Source: a virus (taxonomy: Duplodnaviria > Caudoviricetes). Taken from it: a stretch of DNA of 64,000 nucleotides. The notes below the pieces were generated by a model that saw only the letters and a list, made by a program, of their open reading frames with translations, was not told the origin of the DNA and did not search any database. Position numbers and translations under genes: made by a program. The stretch covers positions 1-64,000 of the IMG/VR virus record IMGVR_UViG_3300047160_009226, one strand, 5' to 3'. Positions 8,444-16,502 of the stretch are shown piece after piece (positions within the stretch are counted from its first letter, which is position 1; each line of letters starts with the position of its first letter).

Positions 8444-9877
8444 TCAAGGATTATATCGAGCGATGAAAAAAGTACTATCATAACTAGTCTTGTCGTAAAT
8501 CGTATATCCGACAACCACAATTTTACCATCGGATTGAATACCCAGATCATAACTATAATCATAAAGACCGGGAGGATCTATGTTGAATCCATTGGTACCA
8601 AAAAGTGTGTCAAGAGAACCATCCGAGTGATAGCGACCTAACAGAGGTAGATAAGTAGTAGTCCACGCGTACCCACATACCACAATCTTACTATCTGATT
8701 GAACAGCAATACTATAAGCGTAATCATATGAAGCGGGAGTAGAAAAATTATAGCCGTTGGTGGCAAAACTAATGTCGAGTGAGCCGTTGGAATTATAACG
8801 AGTCAGTACAACCCAAGCAACTGAACCTGAACCATCATCACTCCCACCGCAGGCCACAATCTTGCCGTCTGGCTGGATGACAAGTCCTTCAAGCACATTA
8901 TACTTCTTACACACAGAAGGAGTAAGAAGATTATATCCCGTGGTATTAAAAGATGTATCCAAAGAGCCGTCGATGTTGTAACGGACAATCATGAAGTTAT
9001 CTGGACCAGTGCTTCCAACGGCTACTATCTTGCCATCGGATTGTCTAGCAATAGCTGAAATAGTGTTACTACTATCTCCAATAATATTGGAAGAAAAACC
9101 ATTGCCAGGCACTAAACCAGTGGCAAATGTAGTATCGAGAGTACCGTTACTATTATAGCGGCCAATACCGATCGGAGTCAAAGCACCACCACCAAGAGAT
9201 GGACTGGTACTTCCATATTTCGCACCAATGATAATTTTATCGTCGGGTTGTATCATGAATCCGCTGCTAAGAACCTTAGCGCCGGCTACCAAGTCTGGAG
9301 GAATAACCGCAGTAAAACCATTGGTCCCAAAAGTCGTGTCAAGGGTACCATCAGTATGATAACGGACAAGCGCCAGTCGTTGAATCCCCGATAAAGTAGC
9401 CGATCCTACTCCCACTATCTTACCGTCCGACTGAAGAGCTATAAAACTTAACGAGTCGCTCGTACCTGGAGTGGCCGTGTTATAACCATTCGTGGCAAAA
9501 GAGGTATCAAAAGAACCATTAGTATTATAACGAACTAGAGCGAATCTATTACCACCCATAGAGACTTGACCCGCGGCGATGATCTTGCCATCGGGTTGAA
9601 GTATCATGGCATTCAATCCACTCTTATTAGAATTAGAAAGACTGACTCTGGAAAAACCGTTGGAACCAAAACTAATATCCAGACTTCCTGGAGGTTGGGG
9701 AACAGGTACGGATGAAATTGGATACTTATCTGTTAATGCCCCCAATAGCTCCGTATAAGACAGATTCGATTTCGGATCCTTAGTATTCTGATATCTCTGC
9801 TTGATCTCACTGAGAGTTTGCATCCTAGAATTTAAGTCATTCCAGGAATTGATCGGAATATCATTCCAGGTCGCCAT
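8444..9877 (-). CDS. Delta-60 repeat 7-bladed beta-propeller protein (paralogue 2)
   Basis: Collinear tandem duplicate of paralogue 1 at both DNA and protein level. Confidence 0.9.
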   Translation of the reverse strand: MATWNDIPINSWNDLNSRMQTLSEIKQRYQNTKDPKSNLSYTELLGALTDKYPISSVPVPQPPGSLDISFGSNGFSRVSLSNSNKSGLNAMILQPDGKIIAAGQVSMGGNRFALVRYNTNGSFDTSFATNGYNTATPGTSDSLSFIALQSDGKIVGVGSATLSGIQRLALVRYHTDGTLDTTFGTNGFTAVIPPDLVAGAKVLSSGFMIQPDDKIIIGAKYGSTSPSLGGGALTPIGIGRYNSNGTLDTTFATGLVPGNGFSSNIIGDSSNTISAIARQSDGKIVAVGSTGPDNFMIVRYNIDGSLDTSFNTTGYNLLTPSVCKKYNVLEGLVIQPDGKIVACGGSDDGSGSVAWVVLTRYNSNGSLDISFATNGYNFSTPASYDYAYSIAVQSDSKIVVCGYAWTTTYLPLLGRYHSDGSLDTLFGTNGFNIDPPGLYDYSYDLGIQSDGKIVVVGYTIYDKTSYDSTFFIARYNP

Positions 9878-9885
9878 GATTACAC

Positions 9886-9904
9886 CTCCCGGTTACTCTC
9901 TTTG
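9886..9904. repeat. 19-bp direct repeat, copy of the protease gene 3' end (other copy 11292-11310)
   Basis: CTCCCGGTTACTCTCTTTG is identical at both positions and flanks paralogue 3. Confidence 0.85.
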
Positions 9905-9911
9905 GATCAAA

Positions 9912-11282
9912 CTACACGTAACGGGCCAGGGCAAAGACGTTCTTACCCCCTACAGTAGCCGGGCCACCGGCGACAATTCGACCACTGGACTGAACACCAA
10001 ACCCATAAATACTGTCGGACGTACCAGGGGTGGTGAGGTTGAAACCGTTCGTCGCGAAAGTCGTATCAAGAGAACCGTTTGCATTGTAACGGGCCAGGGC
10101 GAAAGCATTGTTAACCGAACCACCGGCTATAATTCCACCGTCGGATTGAATCATCAGCTCTTCAATAGAATTGTTACCACTGAAAGAAGTGATGATGTTG
10201 GAACCGTTCGTCCCGAAGGAAGTGTCCAGGGAACCGTTCGTGTTGTAACGTGCTATAACCACAGGGTAGTTACTCCCTATGGTGACAAAGCCTCCGGCTA
10301 CAATTTTACCGTCAGATTGGACCGCCAAAGCATAAATATAATCGTCAATACCGGGGGTAATGAGGCTGAAACCGTTGGTACCAAACGTGGTGTCAATGGA
10401 ACCGTTGGTGTTGTAACGGGCCAAGGCCCAAACGTAGGTACCTCCTACATAGGCGTAACCACCGGCGACGGTCTTACCGTCGGGTTGGATAGTGATGGTG
10501 TAAATTTCATCGTAAGTAGTGGGGGTAATGAGGTTGAAACCGTTCGTACCAAACGTGGTGTCAATGGAACCATCGATGTTGTAACGGGCCAGGGCGAAAC
10601 CATGATTACCCCCCACAGTAGCGGTACCACCGGCGACGATCTTGCCGTCGGACTGGATCGCCAAGTCTATTATAACAGATGCAGATGCACCGCTTGGAGT
10701 AGTAAAATTATAACCATTGGTGCCGAAGGTGGTATCAAGGGAGCCATTTATGTTATAACGGGCCATGGTAAAAGTATTACTACCCGCTATCTTGGAGACA
10801 CCACCGGCGATGATTTTGCCGTCGGATTGAAGGGCAATCGAACTAATACGATCAAAAGTGCTGGTGCCTGGAGTGGTGACGTTGAAACCATTAGTCGCGA
10901 AAGTAGTGTCAAGTGAACCATTTGAATTATAACGGGCTACGGCGAAAGTCGACTTACCGCCGACGGTGGCATAACCGCCGACGACGATTTGATCATTGGA
11001 TTGGACCGCCAGATCCTCAATAGCATCGGAAGTACCGGGGGTGATCAGGTTGAAACCGTTGGTGGCAAAAGAAGTATCAAGTATACCTTTGACTCCTGGG
11101 ACAGGGGCCATGATCGGAGGCACCTTCGGCAACTGATACCCCGTCAGCGCATTCTCAACCTGCAGGTAACACAGGTTTGGTAACGGGTCTTCAGTGTTAA
11201 TAAATCGTTGTTTTAACTTAAAACCCATCTGAATTCTTGAACCGTAATCATTCCAGGAGTTAACAGGAACATCACTGGACAT
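9912..11282 (-). CDS. Delta-60 repeat 7-bladed beta-propeller protein (paralogue 3)
   Basis: Seven QSDGKIVAGG...FALARYNxNGSLDTTF repeats; N-terminal domain related to paralogues 1 and 2. Confidence 0.9.
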   Translation of the reverse strand: MSSDVPVNSWNDYGSRIQMGFKLKQRFINTEDPLPNLCYLQVENALTGYQLPKVPPIMAPVPGVKGILDTSFATNGFNLITPGTSDAIEDLAVQSNDQIVVGGYATVGGKSTFAVARYNSNGSLDTTFATNGFNVTTPGTSTFDRISSIALQSDGKIIAGGVSKIAGSNTFTMARYNINGSLDTTFGTNGYNFTTPSGASASVIIDLAIQSDGKIVAGGTATVGGNHGFALARYNIDGSIDTTFGTNGFNLITPTTYDEIYTITIQPDGKTVAGGYAYVGGTYVWALARYNTNGSIDTTFGTNGFSLITPGIDDYIYALAVQSDGKIVAGGFVTIGSNYPVVIARYNTNGSLDTSFGTNGSNIITSFSGNNSIEELMIQSDGGIIAGGSVNNAFALARYNANGSLDTTFATNGFNLTTPGTSDSIYGFGVQSSGRIVAGGPATVGGKNVFALARYV

Positions 11283-11285
11283 GAC

Positions 11286-13481
11286 TCATATCTCCCGGTT
11301 ACTCTCTTTGTATCGAGACATAGGAACTATGGCCTTGAGCGGCTGTCCTGTGGAGACATCAGAATATTCCAGGAAACCATGCATGCGAGCCCAGAGGAAT
11401 GCGGGACGGGACACCCAAGAGACTTCCTTAAAACTGCAACTATCTTTTATGCCAGGAAGTCCACACAACTCAGATACGCGTCTTTTAATACCATTCTTGT
11501 CAATATAGTACTTGCCTAATTCGTTCTTGATATGGGTACAGTTATGTGATACAATTCCATTCGTCAAATAAGAACTACTCTCTGAATCAACGGCATCAAA
11601 AACTTCCATTTCTCCCCAAGGCTCCACTTTTACAACTTTATCAAACCACCAATCATAAGCCAGGTAGCTCCTCATTTCTTGCAGTATTCCATTTTCATCT
11701 TGAACATACTTATCCAGTAAATCAAGTACCCTCGGAAGCATTACATCAGATATCCCTTTATCTGTATCTTTCCTGACAGAATGAATCTGTCGTCTCTCTG
11801 ATGAATCAAAATCCTTTCCAAAGGATGTTCCATAAGGAACTAATTCTTTAATTTTATGGCCAGCCCTGAAAAATCCCAAGTAATCTCTTTCAATTCGCTT
11901 TGTTGTAAGTACACGTTCTAGTTTTTCTGTTTTTATTTCCGCAGAAAAACCAATATAATTTGCAAAGTTTATCCAACTCTTTGTTCCTTTAATCTCAAGT
12001 CGATACGAACGAGTAACCCCAAACGGTGTCCTCCCCACCCATCTTTTAATCTTAATGATTACACCAAATAACAAAGCAAGTTTCTTAATATCTTGGGCTA
12101 ACTTTCTATATTTTGTTCCCAAAGTAAGTCTACGAGTATTTCCTCCGGCTGATGTAATGTACCCCCCTACTCCGCCATCTGTTGTAAAAAGCCCATTCAA
12201 GAACGCCGCAATCTGTGCCCTTCCCCTCCTCCAAAGAGCCTCAGGTACACCTTCACATCTCCACTGCCCTTTCTTCCTAAAAGGAGGCAACACTTTAGTA
12301 AACTCAGGGTAGTAACTTCTTACCCGACAAAGACCCTCATTCCTCTTAACATCATTTGGAAAATCATCTGGCCCTCTAAACTCAGGGTTAACCGGGATTC
12401 CTCCCTCACTAAAAAACCGAAGCACTTTGTCTAGCGAATCAGTTTCATCTTCTGGTGACTGCCAATGGAAATATTCCGCCCATTTCTCACCGCGATATTC
12501 CCTATGCCCATCACCATAAAGATGTCCAAGAGCGTACCAAAAATCCGTTGACTCCCCACGATCCTCTGGAATTAACCCATCACAACCTTTCTTCGACAAA
12601 ACAAAATCACCTGGAATCAAATCCCATGTCATCTTCCATTGCAAACCACCTTCTACGTCCAATACCCGAAATCGATGATTTCCAGTAGAATAGATGTTTT
12701 CTCCTGAATCAGTCCTCACTCGAAAAATTTTCTTCACCCCCCTCGATATCACACCATCAAATGGGGTGTTTCCATATTCGCTCAAAACCATTCCTATACT
12801 ATTATTCTGTCTAATCTGTTCCCCGATCCTAACATACCCTTCAGAGGTAATAATTCTAGTATTACCAATCACGCAAGGCTCATCTATCCCTTCCTCAATT
12901 TTTTTGCCACATCTTGAGCATTGCGACCAAAGGATATCACAACCCATACTTATACTGTTCAAAACTCCGCCTATGATTTTTTTAACGAGCAGTGGATGTT
13001 TTTTCTTACTTGTTGCAAGAAGCACGTCAATAAATACGGTTGGGATGGGCTCACGGTGACCACTGTACTGCTTCTCTACGACCCAGGCCACAGCATCTAA
13101 TACTTTTCCTTTCGAGAATTCAGGAATAGAAACATGTTCTACGAAGTTCTCCGCCATGATAAAAGAATGATAACTCTCCAACAAAACCTGGTTCATCCAA
13201 CTATTGCCGTTGTCATTAATGTAGTGCGAATGTGGTGAGCAGATCGTATGTCCATCGTCTTCTACTTCAACACCTGCAACCGCCGTTATCCAACTTAATA
13301 AATAATCCGAAGGATTATACCTTGAAAAATCAACATTCACTTCTTTCTTAGCGACACGGCCGTTCCCTCTTAAATGACTTCGGTTCTTACAGTGCTGGTC
13401 CCATTGGTTCCAGTACCGCTCACCCGAAATCACCTGAGTCCTAAACTCTGGATGTGCAATAACTCGTCCCATACCTACCAC
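11286..13481 (-). CDS. Prohead (capsid maturation) protease with Zn-finger insertion, interrupted by an intein
   Basis: NDNGN, FVEH, KGKVLDA, SISMGC, CSRC...C(T)H and FKEVSWVSRPA motifs of HK97/assemblin-type phage proteases; extein product about 286 aa. Confidence 0.8.
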   Translation of the reverse strand: MVGMGRVIAHPEFRTQVISGERYWNQWDQHCKNRSHLRGNGRVAKKEVNVDFSRYNPSDYLLSWITAVAGVEVEDDGHTICSPHSHYINDNGNSWMNQVLLESYHSFIMAENFVEHVSIPEFSKGKVLDAVAWVVEKQYSGHREPIPTVFIDVLLATSKKKHPLLVKKIIGGVLNSISMGCDILWSQCSRCGKKIEEGIDEPCVIGNTRIITSEGYVRIGEQIRQNNSIGMVLSEYGNTPFDGVISRGVKKIFRVRTDSGENIYSTGNHRFRVLDVEGGLQWKMTWDLIPGDFVLSKKGCDGLIPEDRGESTDFWYALGHLYGDGHREYRGEKWAEYFHWQSPEDETDSLDKVLRFFSEGGIPVNPEFRGPDDFPNDVKRNEGLCRVRSYYPEFTKVLPPFRKKGQWRCEGVPEALWRRGRAQIAAFLNGLFTTDGGVGGYITSAGGNTRRLTLGTKYRKLAQDIKKLALLFGVIIKIKRWVGRTPFGVTRSYRLEIKGTKSWINFANYIGFSAEIKTEKLERVLTTKRIERDYLGFFRAGHKIKELVPYGTSFGKDFDSSERRQIHSVRKDTDKGISDVMLPRVLDLLDKYVQDENGILQEMRSYLAYDWWFDKVVKVEPWGEMEVFDAVDSESSSYLTNGIVSHNCTHIKNELGKYYIDKNGIKRRVSELCGLPGIKDSCSFKEVSWVSRPAFLWARMHGFLEYSDVSTGQPLKAIVPMSRYKESNREI
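11541..12875 (-). mobile_element. Intein (445 aa) with LAGLIDADG homing endonuclease
   Basis: Starts CVIGNTRIITSEG; block B STGNHRF; LAGLIDADG motifs ALGHLYGDG and FLNGLFTTDG; ends NGIVSHN followed by Cys. Confidence 0.93.
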
Positions 13482-13954
13482 TTCGTCAAATGAGCCGATC
13501 CATCACTGTATTTCGATTCCACTTCGTACCCTTCTCGTTCTTCCAGATATCTGGCTAACTTAGGATTAATTACCCATAATCGAGTGCGAACATTTCCATA
13601 ATGTGCGTCCTCAAAAGACTTACGTTCTTCTTCAGCGGCTTTGATCAAGTCTAATCCGATTTTTCGACCCCACCTGAACTCAGGATCAACTACGACATCG
13701 AAGCTGTAGACAAACGATACTTTAAATTGATCAAACTCATGCTCTGGTGTAATACCTATGTATGCTCCACCGACAACTCGATCTTCTATGACCGCAGCAA
13801 AACCAACGTTCTTCGTACTATCCGGCCGAATGCCTACCCTCTTGGCAATCTGATCCACCTGCTCGGCCATTTCCCAATCTTCCTCAGGATCGATGCGAAT
13901 GATCTGATACGATGCCGCAAGAAGCAACCTGGCTATTCTCATGGTGCGACCCAT
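13475..13954 (-). CDS. GNAT-fold acetyltransferase with class-2 leader
   Basis: Motif A-like VVVDPEFRWGRKIGLDLI; N-terminus MRIARLLLAAS. Confidence 0.7.
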   Translation of the reverse strand: MGRTMRIARLLLAASYQIIRIDPEEDWEMAEQVDQIAKRVGIRPDSTKNVGFAAVIEDRVVGGAYIGITPEHEFDQFKVSFVYSFDVVVDPEFRWGRKIGLDLIKAAEEERKSFEDAHYGNVRTRLWVINPKLARYLEEREGYEVESKYSDGSAHLTKW

Positions 13955-13959
13955 GAAAA

Positions 13960-14193
13960 TTACTCCTTGGGATCGTTCAAATGCCGTGCAATTTCACGGT
14001 TCTTTTCGGTTTGTTCCTGACTCTGAGCTATAACGAAGCTCGGGTCCTTTGTGAGTTCCTTGACAACACCCATAGCACCTTCAGGGTGTACTGGCCAGCA
14101 ATCTTGGAAATCGCAGCCGCGTGCGTTGAGATTGTTCATCTTCTCTTTAAGGATCTTCTGTTGATCCTCTTTCGAGTACTTCCTCTCCGCCAT
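13960..14193 (-). CDS. Hypothetical protein
   Basis: 77-aa ORF, RBS AGGAG upstream, tightly packed. Confidence 0.65.
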   Translation of the reverse strand: MAERKYSKEDQQKILKEKMNNLNARGCDFQDCWPVHPEGAMGVVKELTKDPSFVIAQSQEQTEKNREIARHLNDPKE

Positions 14194-14214
14194 TTCTATC
14201 TCCTTTCCTTCTCT

Positions 14215-14808
14215 CTATGTAAAACACACCTTGATTTCTACACCGGTTCCCCACGGACTCGGATATTCCTTGATGCTGGCTTGTGGAAATGCTCGACGTA
14301 TCAATCTGTCATAAACACTTTTTCTTTCCTTGGAGTCCGCACTAAAGACAACACATCTAGGACGTCGTTTTGCTACATAACTCTTGAGCGTATTTAAAAC
14401 AACACCAAAAATCTTAATGACATAAGATCCCGTAATTTCCAACTCACTGTAAGGGTGGTAGTATAAAATTTCACGCTCCATAGTTTTGGCTTCCTGCAAA
14501 GAAATCAGTCGTCCTTCAAGAATTTCCTCATCCTCCGGTGATTTTGATCCCTTTTCTTCGATTTCCTGTCTTCGTACCTTGGACATCATTACCATCAATT
14601 CGTCATCCGTAACATTAATATCAGCAAGTTTAAACTCTACTCGAATCACTCTACCATTTTCATCATCAGGAGCAAAATTCATGACATAAGTAAAAGGACC
14701 AACATCGAACTCAACGTCAGTGCTCCCTTCATGCGACGTATACTTGACCATCTCCGCGGGAGTATTAAATAGAGCCGTTACATGTCTGTAGTCTGATGTC
14801 AGTCTCAT
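14215..14808 (-). CDS. Hypothetical protein with class-1 leader (MRLTSDYRHV)
   Basis: 197-aa ORF; leader motif. Confidence 0.75.
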   Translation of the reverse strand: MRLTSDYRHVTALFNTPAEMVKYTSHEGSTDVEFDVGPFTYVMNFAPDDENGRVIRVEFKLADINVTDDELMVMMSKVRRQEIEEKGSKSPEDEEILEGRLISLQEAKTMEREILYYHPYSELEITGSYVIKIFGVVLNTLKSYVAKRRPRCVVFSADSKERKSVYDRLIRRAFPQASIKEYPSPWGTGVEIKVCFT

Positions 14809-14812
14809 AATA

Positions 14813-15574
14813 TTAGAATTTAATCTTTTTAGAGAAATACTTTCCTCTAGTCCAAATTCCTGCTGTGGAGTCAGAGCTAGTTGATGACTCTACAACAGGC
14901 TTAATTGAATAAGCTGTATCCTTGATTGGAATACCCTCCTGTCCCCACTGAAATCTAGGTGCGGGAATATCAGCCCGAATCTCAAGAACCGGTTGAAGTG
15001 CGTCTAAAGGTTTTGGTGGAATAATAACTGTCTGTCCATTTACATAGTTAATATGACCAGTATGAGGATCGGGGCCTGCGACAACCTGAGGAATATCATA
15101 CATAAATGATGGTCGAAACTTGAGATGGCCTAGAGGAGTATTCATGATAATCGGCGGAGTAATATGTGTATGCTGACCAAGAACAATTGTAATTGAAGCA
15201 TAACCACTTACACTACCCAACGTCGTTGGAAGAGTGCCAACTATAGTACCCAATGTCGCTGTAATAATTGACGTTCCAACCGCTACTCCAGTAACAATTC
15301 CTGTAATATCTATCGTAGCTATAGCAGTATTACTAGAAGCCCATGTGACAGTATTTGTCAAATCCTTAGTAGTACCATCATCATAATGTCCTATTGCAAT
15401 AAACTGTGCCGTATTACCAACTGCAATTAATGAAGAAAGTGATGTTACTGTAATTGATAATAATGTGACAATTCTCAGTTCTGGATCAAAATACGCAAAA
15501 TTGTAAAAACCATACCTCGTCAAAAACCTATTGTAGTCTGGATCCGATATACTCATATTTGTTAGGTAAAGCAT
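14813..15574 (-). CDS. Ig-like (Big_2) domain virion protein with shared C-terminal domain
   Basis: SITVT...VGNTAQFIAIGHYDDGTTKDLTNTVTWASSNTAIATI...G...GVAVGTSIITA is a typical Big_2 domain. C-terminal ~118 aa are shared with the adjacent gene. Confidence 0.85.
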   Translation of the reverse strand: MLYLTNMSISDPDYNRFLTRYGFYNFAYFDPELRIVTLLSITVTSLSSLIAVGNTAQFIAIGHYDDGTTKDLTNTVTWASSNTAIATIDITGIVTGVAVGTSIITATLGTIVGTLPTTLGSVSGYASITIVLGQHTHITPPIIMNTPLGHLKFRPSFMYDIPQVVAGPDPHTGHINYVNGQTVIIPPKPLDALQPVLEIRADIPAPRFQWGQEGIPIKDTAYSIKPVVESSTSSDSTAGIWTRGKYFSKKIKF

Positions 15575-16016
15575 CTACATAAAGTTGCTTAATCCCTTCT
15601 CCAAAGGTAACATCGAATAAAGCATTCATACATTTGTAGTCTAAAATGAGTTTCACGGTATTAAAACTTAATCTTCTCCGCAAAATACTTGCCTCTAATC
15701 CAAATACCCGCCGTAGATGTAGAACTTGTCGGTGACTCTACTACCGGTTTAACAGGGTAAGCCGGATCCTTGGCCAAGACACCCTCTTGGCCCCACCAAA
15801 ACCTCGGTGCGGGAATATCAGCCCGAATCTCAAGAACCGGTTGAAGTGCATCTAAAGGCTTCGGTGGAATAACAACCGTATTCCCGCCCTCATTATTCAT
15901 GTGACCTGTATGAGGATCAGGTCCCGCAACGACCTCTGGGGCATCATACACAAAATACTGCCGGAACTTAAGATGTCCCAGCGGCGTATTCATGATGATC
16001 GGCGGAGTAATATGTG
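14813..16016. repeat. Gapless diverged ~356-bp direct repeat (14813-15168 vs 15661-16016)
   Basis: For example GGTGCGGGAATATCAGCCCGAATCTCAAGAACCGGTTGAAGTGC is present in both copies; constant 848-nt offset. Confidence 0.85.
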
Positions 16017-16488
16017 CGTGATGACCCGAAGGAAGCTGTGAATAAGGAGGCGGTGGTGGAGATAGCAATGGCCCCACAGAATCAGTGGTGTCTGTATAAG
16101 CAGTAGGGTTTGTATAAGAATGAGGATTTGTATAAGTAAATAATCCTGTCTCTACATTATAGGGCTTCGTCGCAGTATTAAGTCGAATAATATAATGAGG
16201 GTTTTCTGCCAAGATAGGAGTCTCATCCGCAAATAAATTGATTATAAAATCCACCATCCAAGGTGCTTTATTTCCAACATTGAGAATTGATCCTTCCTCC
16301 GGTACAGGTGTAGTTCCGACCTTATGCTTTTTAACTTCACGACGCAATAAGAGCTTTCCAAAAGAGTCCATAATCTCCAATACCACAAAAAGTATAGGAA
16401 TAGGCTTTACAGGATTCATCACTTGCCGATGAATCTGAAATGGACGACCTGGAATGAAATCACTGATATATTGAGTTTCGACACTCAT
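15661..16488 (-). CDS. Paralogue with the same C-terminal domain and a different N-terminal domain
   Basis: HITPPIIMNTPLGHLKFR...KIKF tail duplicated at an 848-bp offset. Confidence 0.85.
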   Translation of the reverse strand: MSVETQYISDFIPGRPFQIHRQVMNPVKPIPILFVVLEIMDSFGKLLLRREVKKHKVGTTPVPEEGSILNVGNKAPWMVDFIINLFADETPILAENPHYIIRLNTATKPYNVETGLFTYTNPHSYTNPTAYTDTTDSVGPLLSPPPPPYSQLPSGHHAHITPPIIMNTPLGHLKFRQYFVYDAPEVVAGPDPHTGHMNNEGGNTVVIPPKPLDALQPVLEIRADIPAPRFWWGQEGVLAKDPAYPVKPVVESPTSSTSTAGIWIRGKYFAEKIKF

Positions 16489-16502
16489 AACTCACCTATT
16501 CC

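Noticed and set aside
6961-9877. Diversity-generating retroelement (TR/VR pair) explanation for the near-duplicate propeller genes
   Set aside because: Differences include indels and non-adenine changes along the whole length, both copies are intact genes, and no reverse transcriptase is present in the window.
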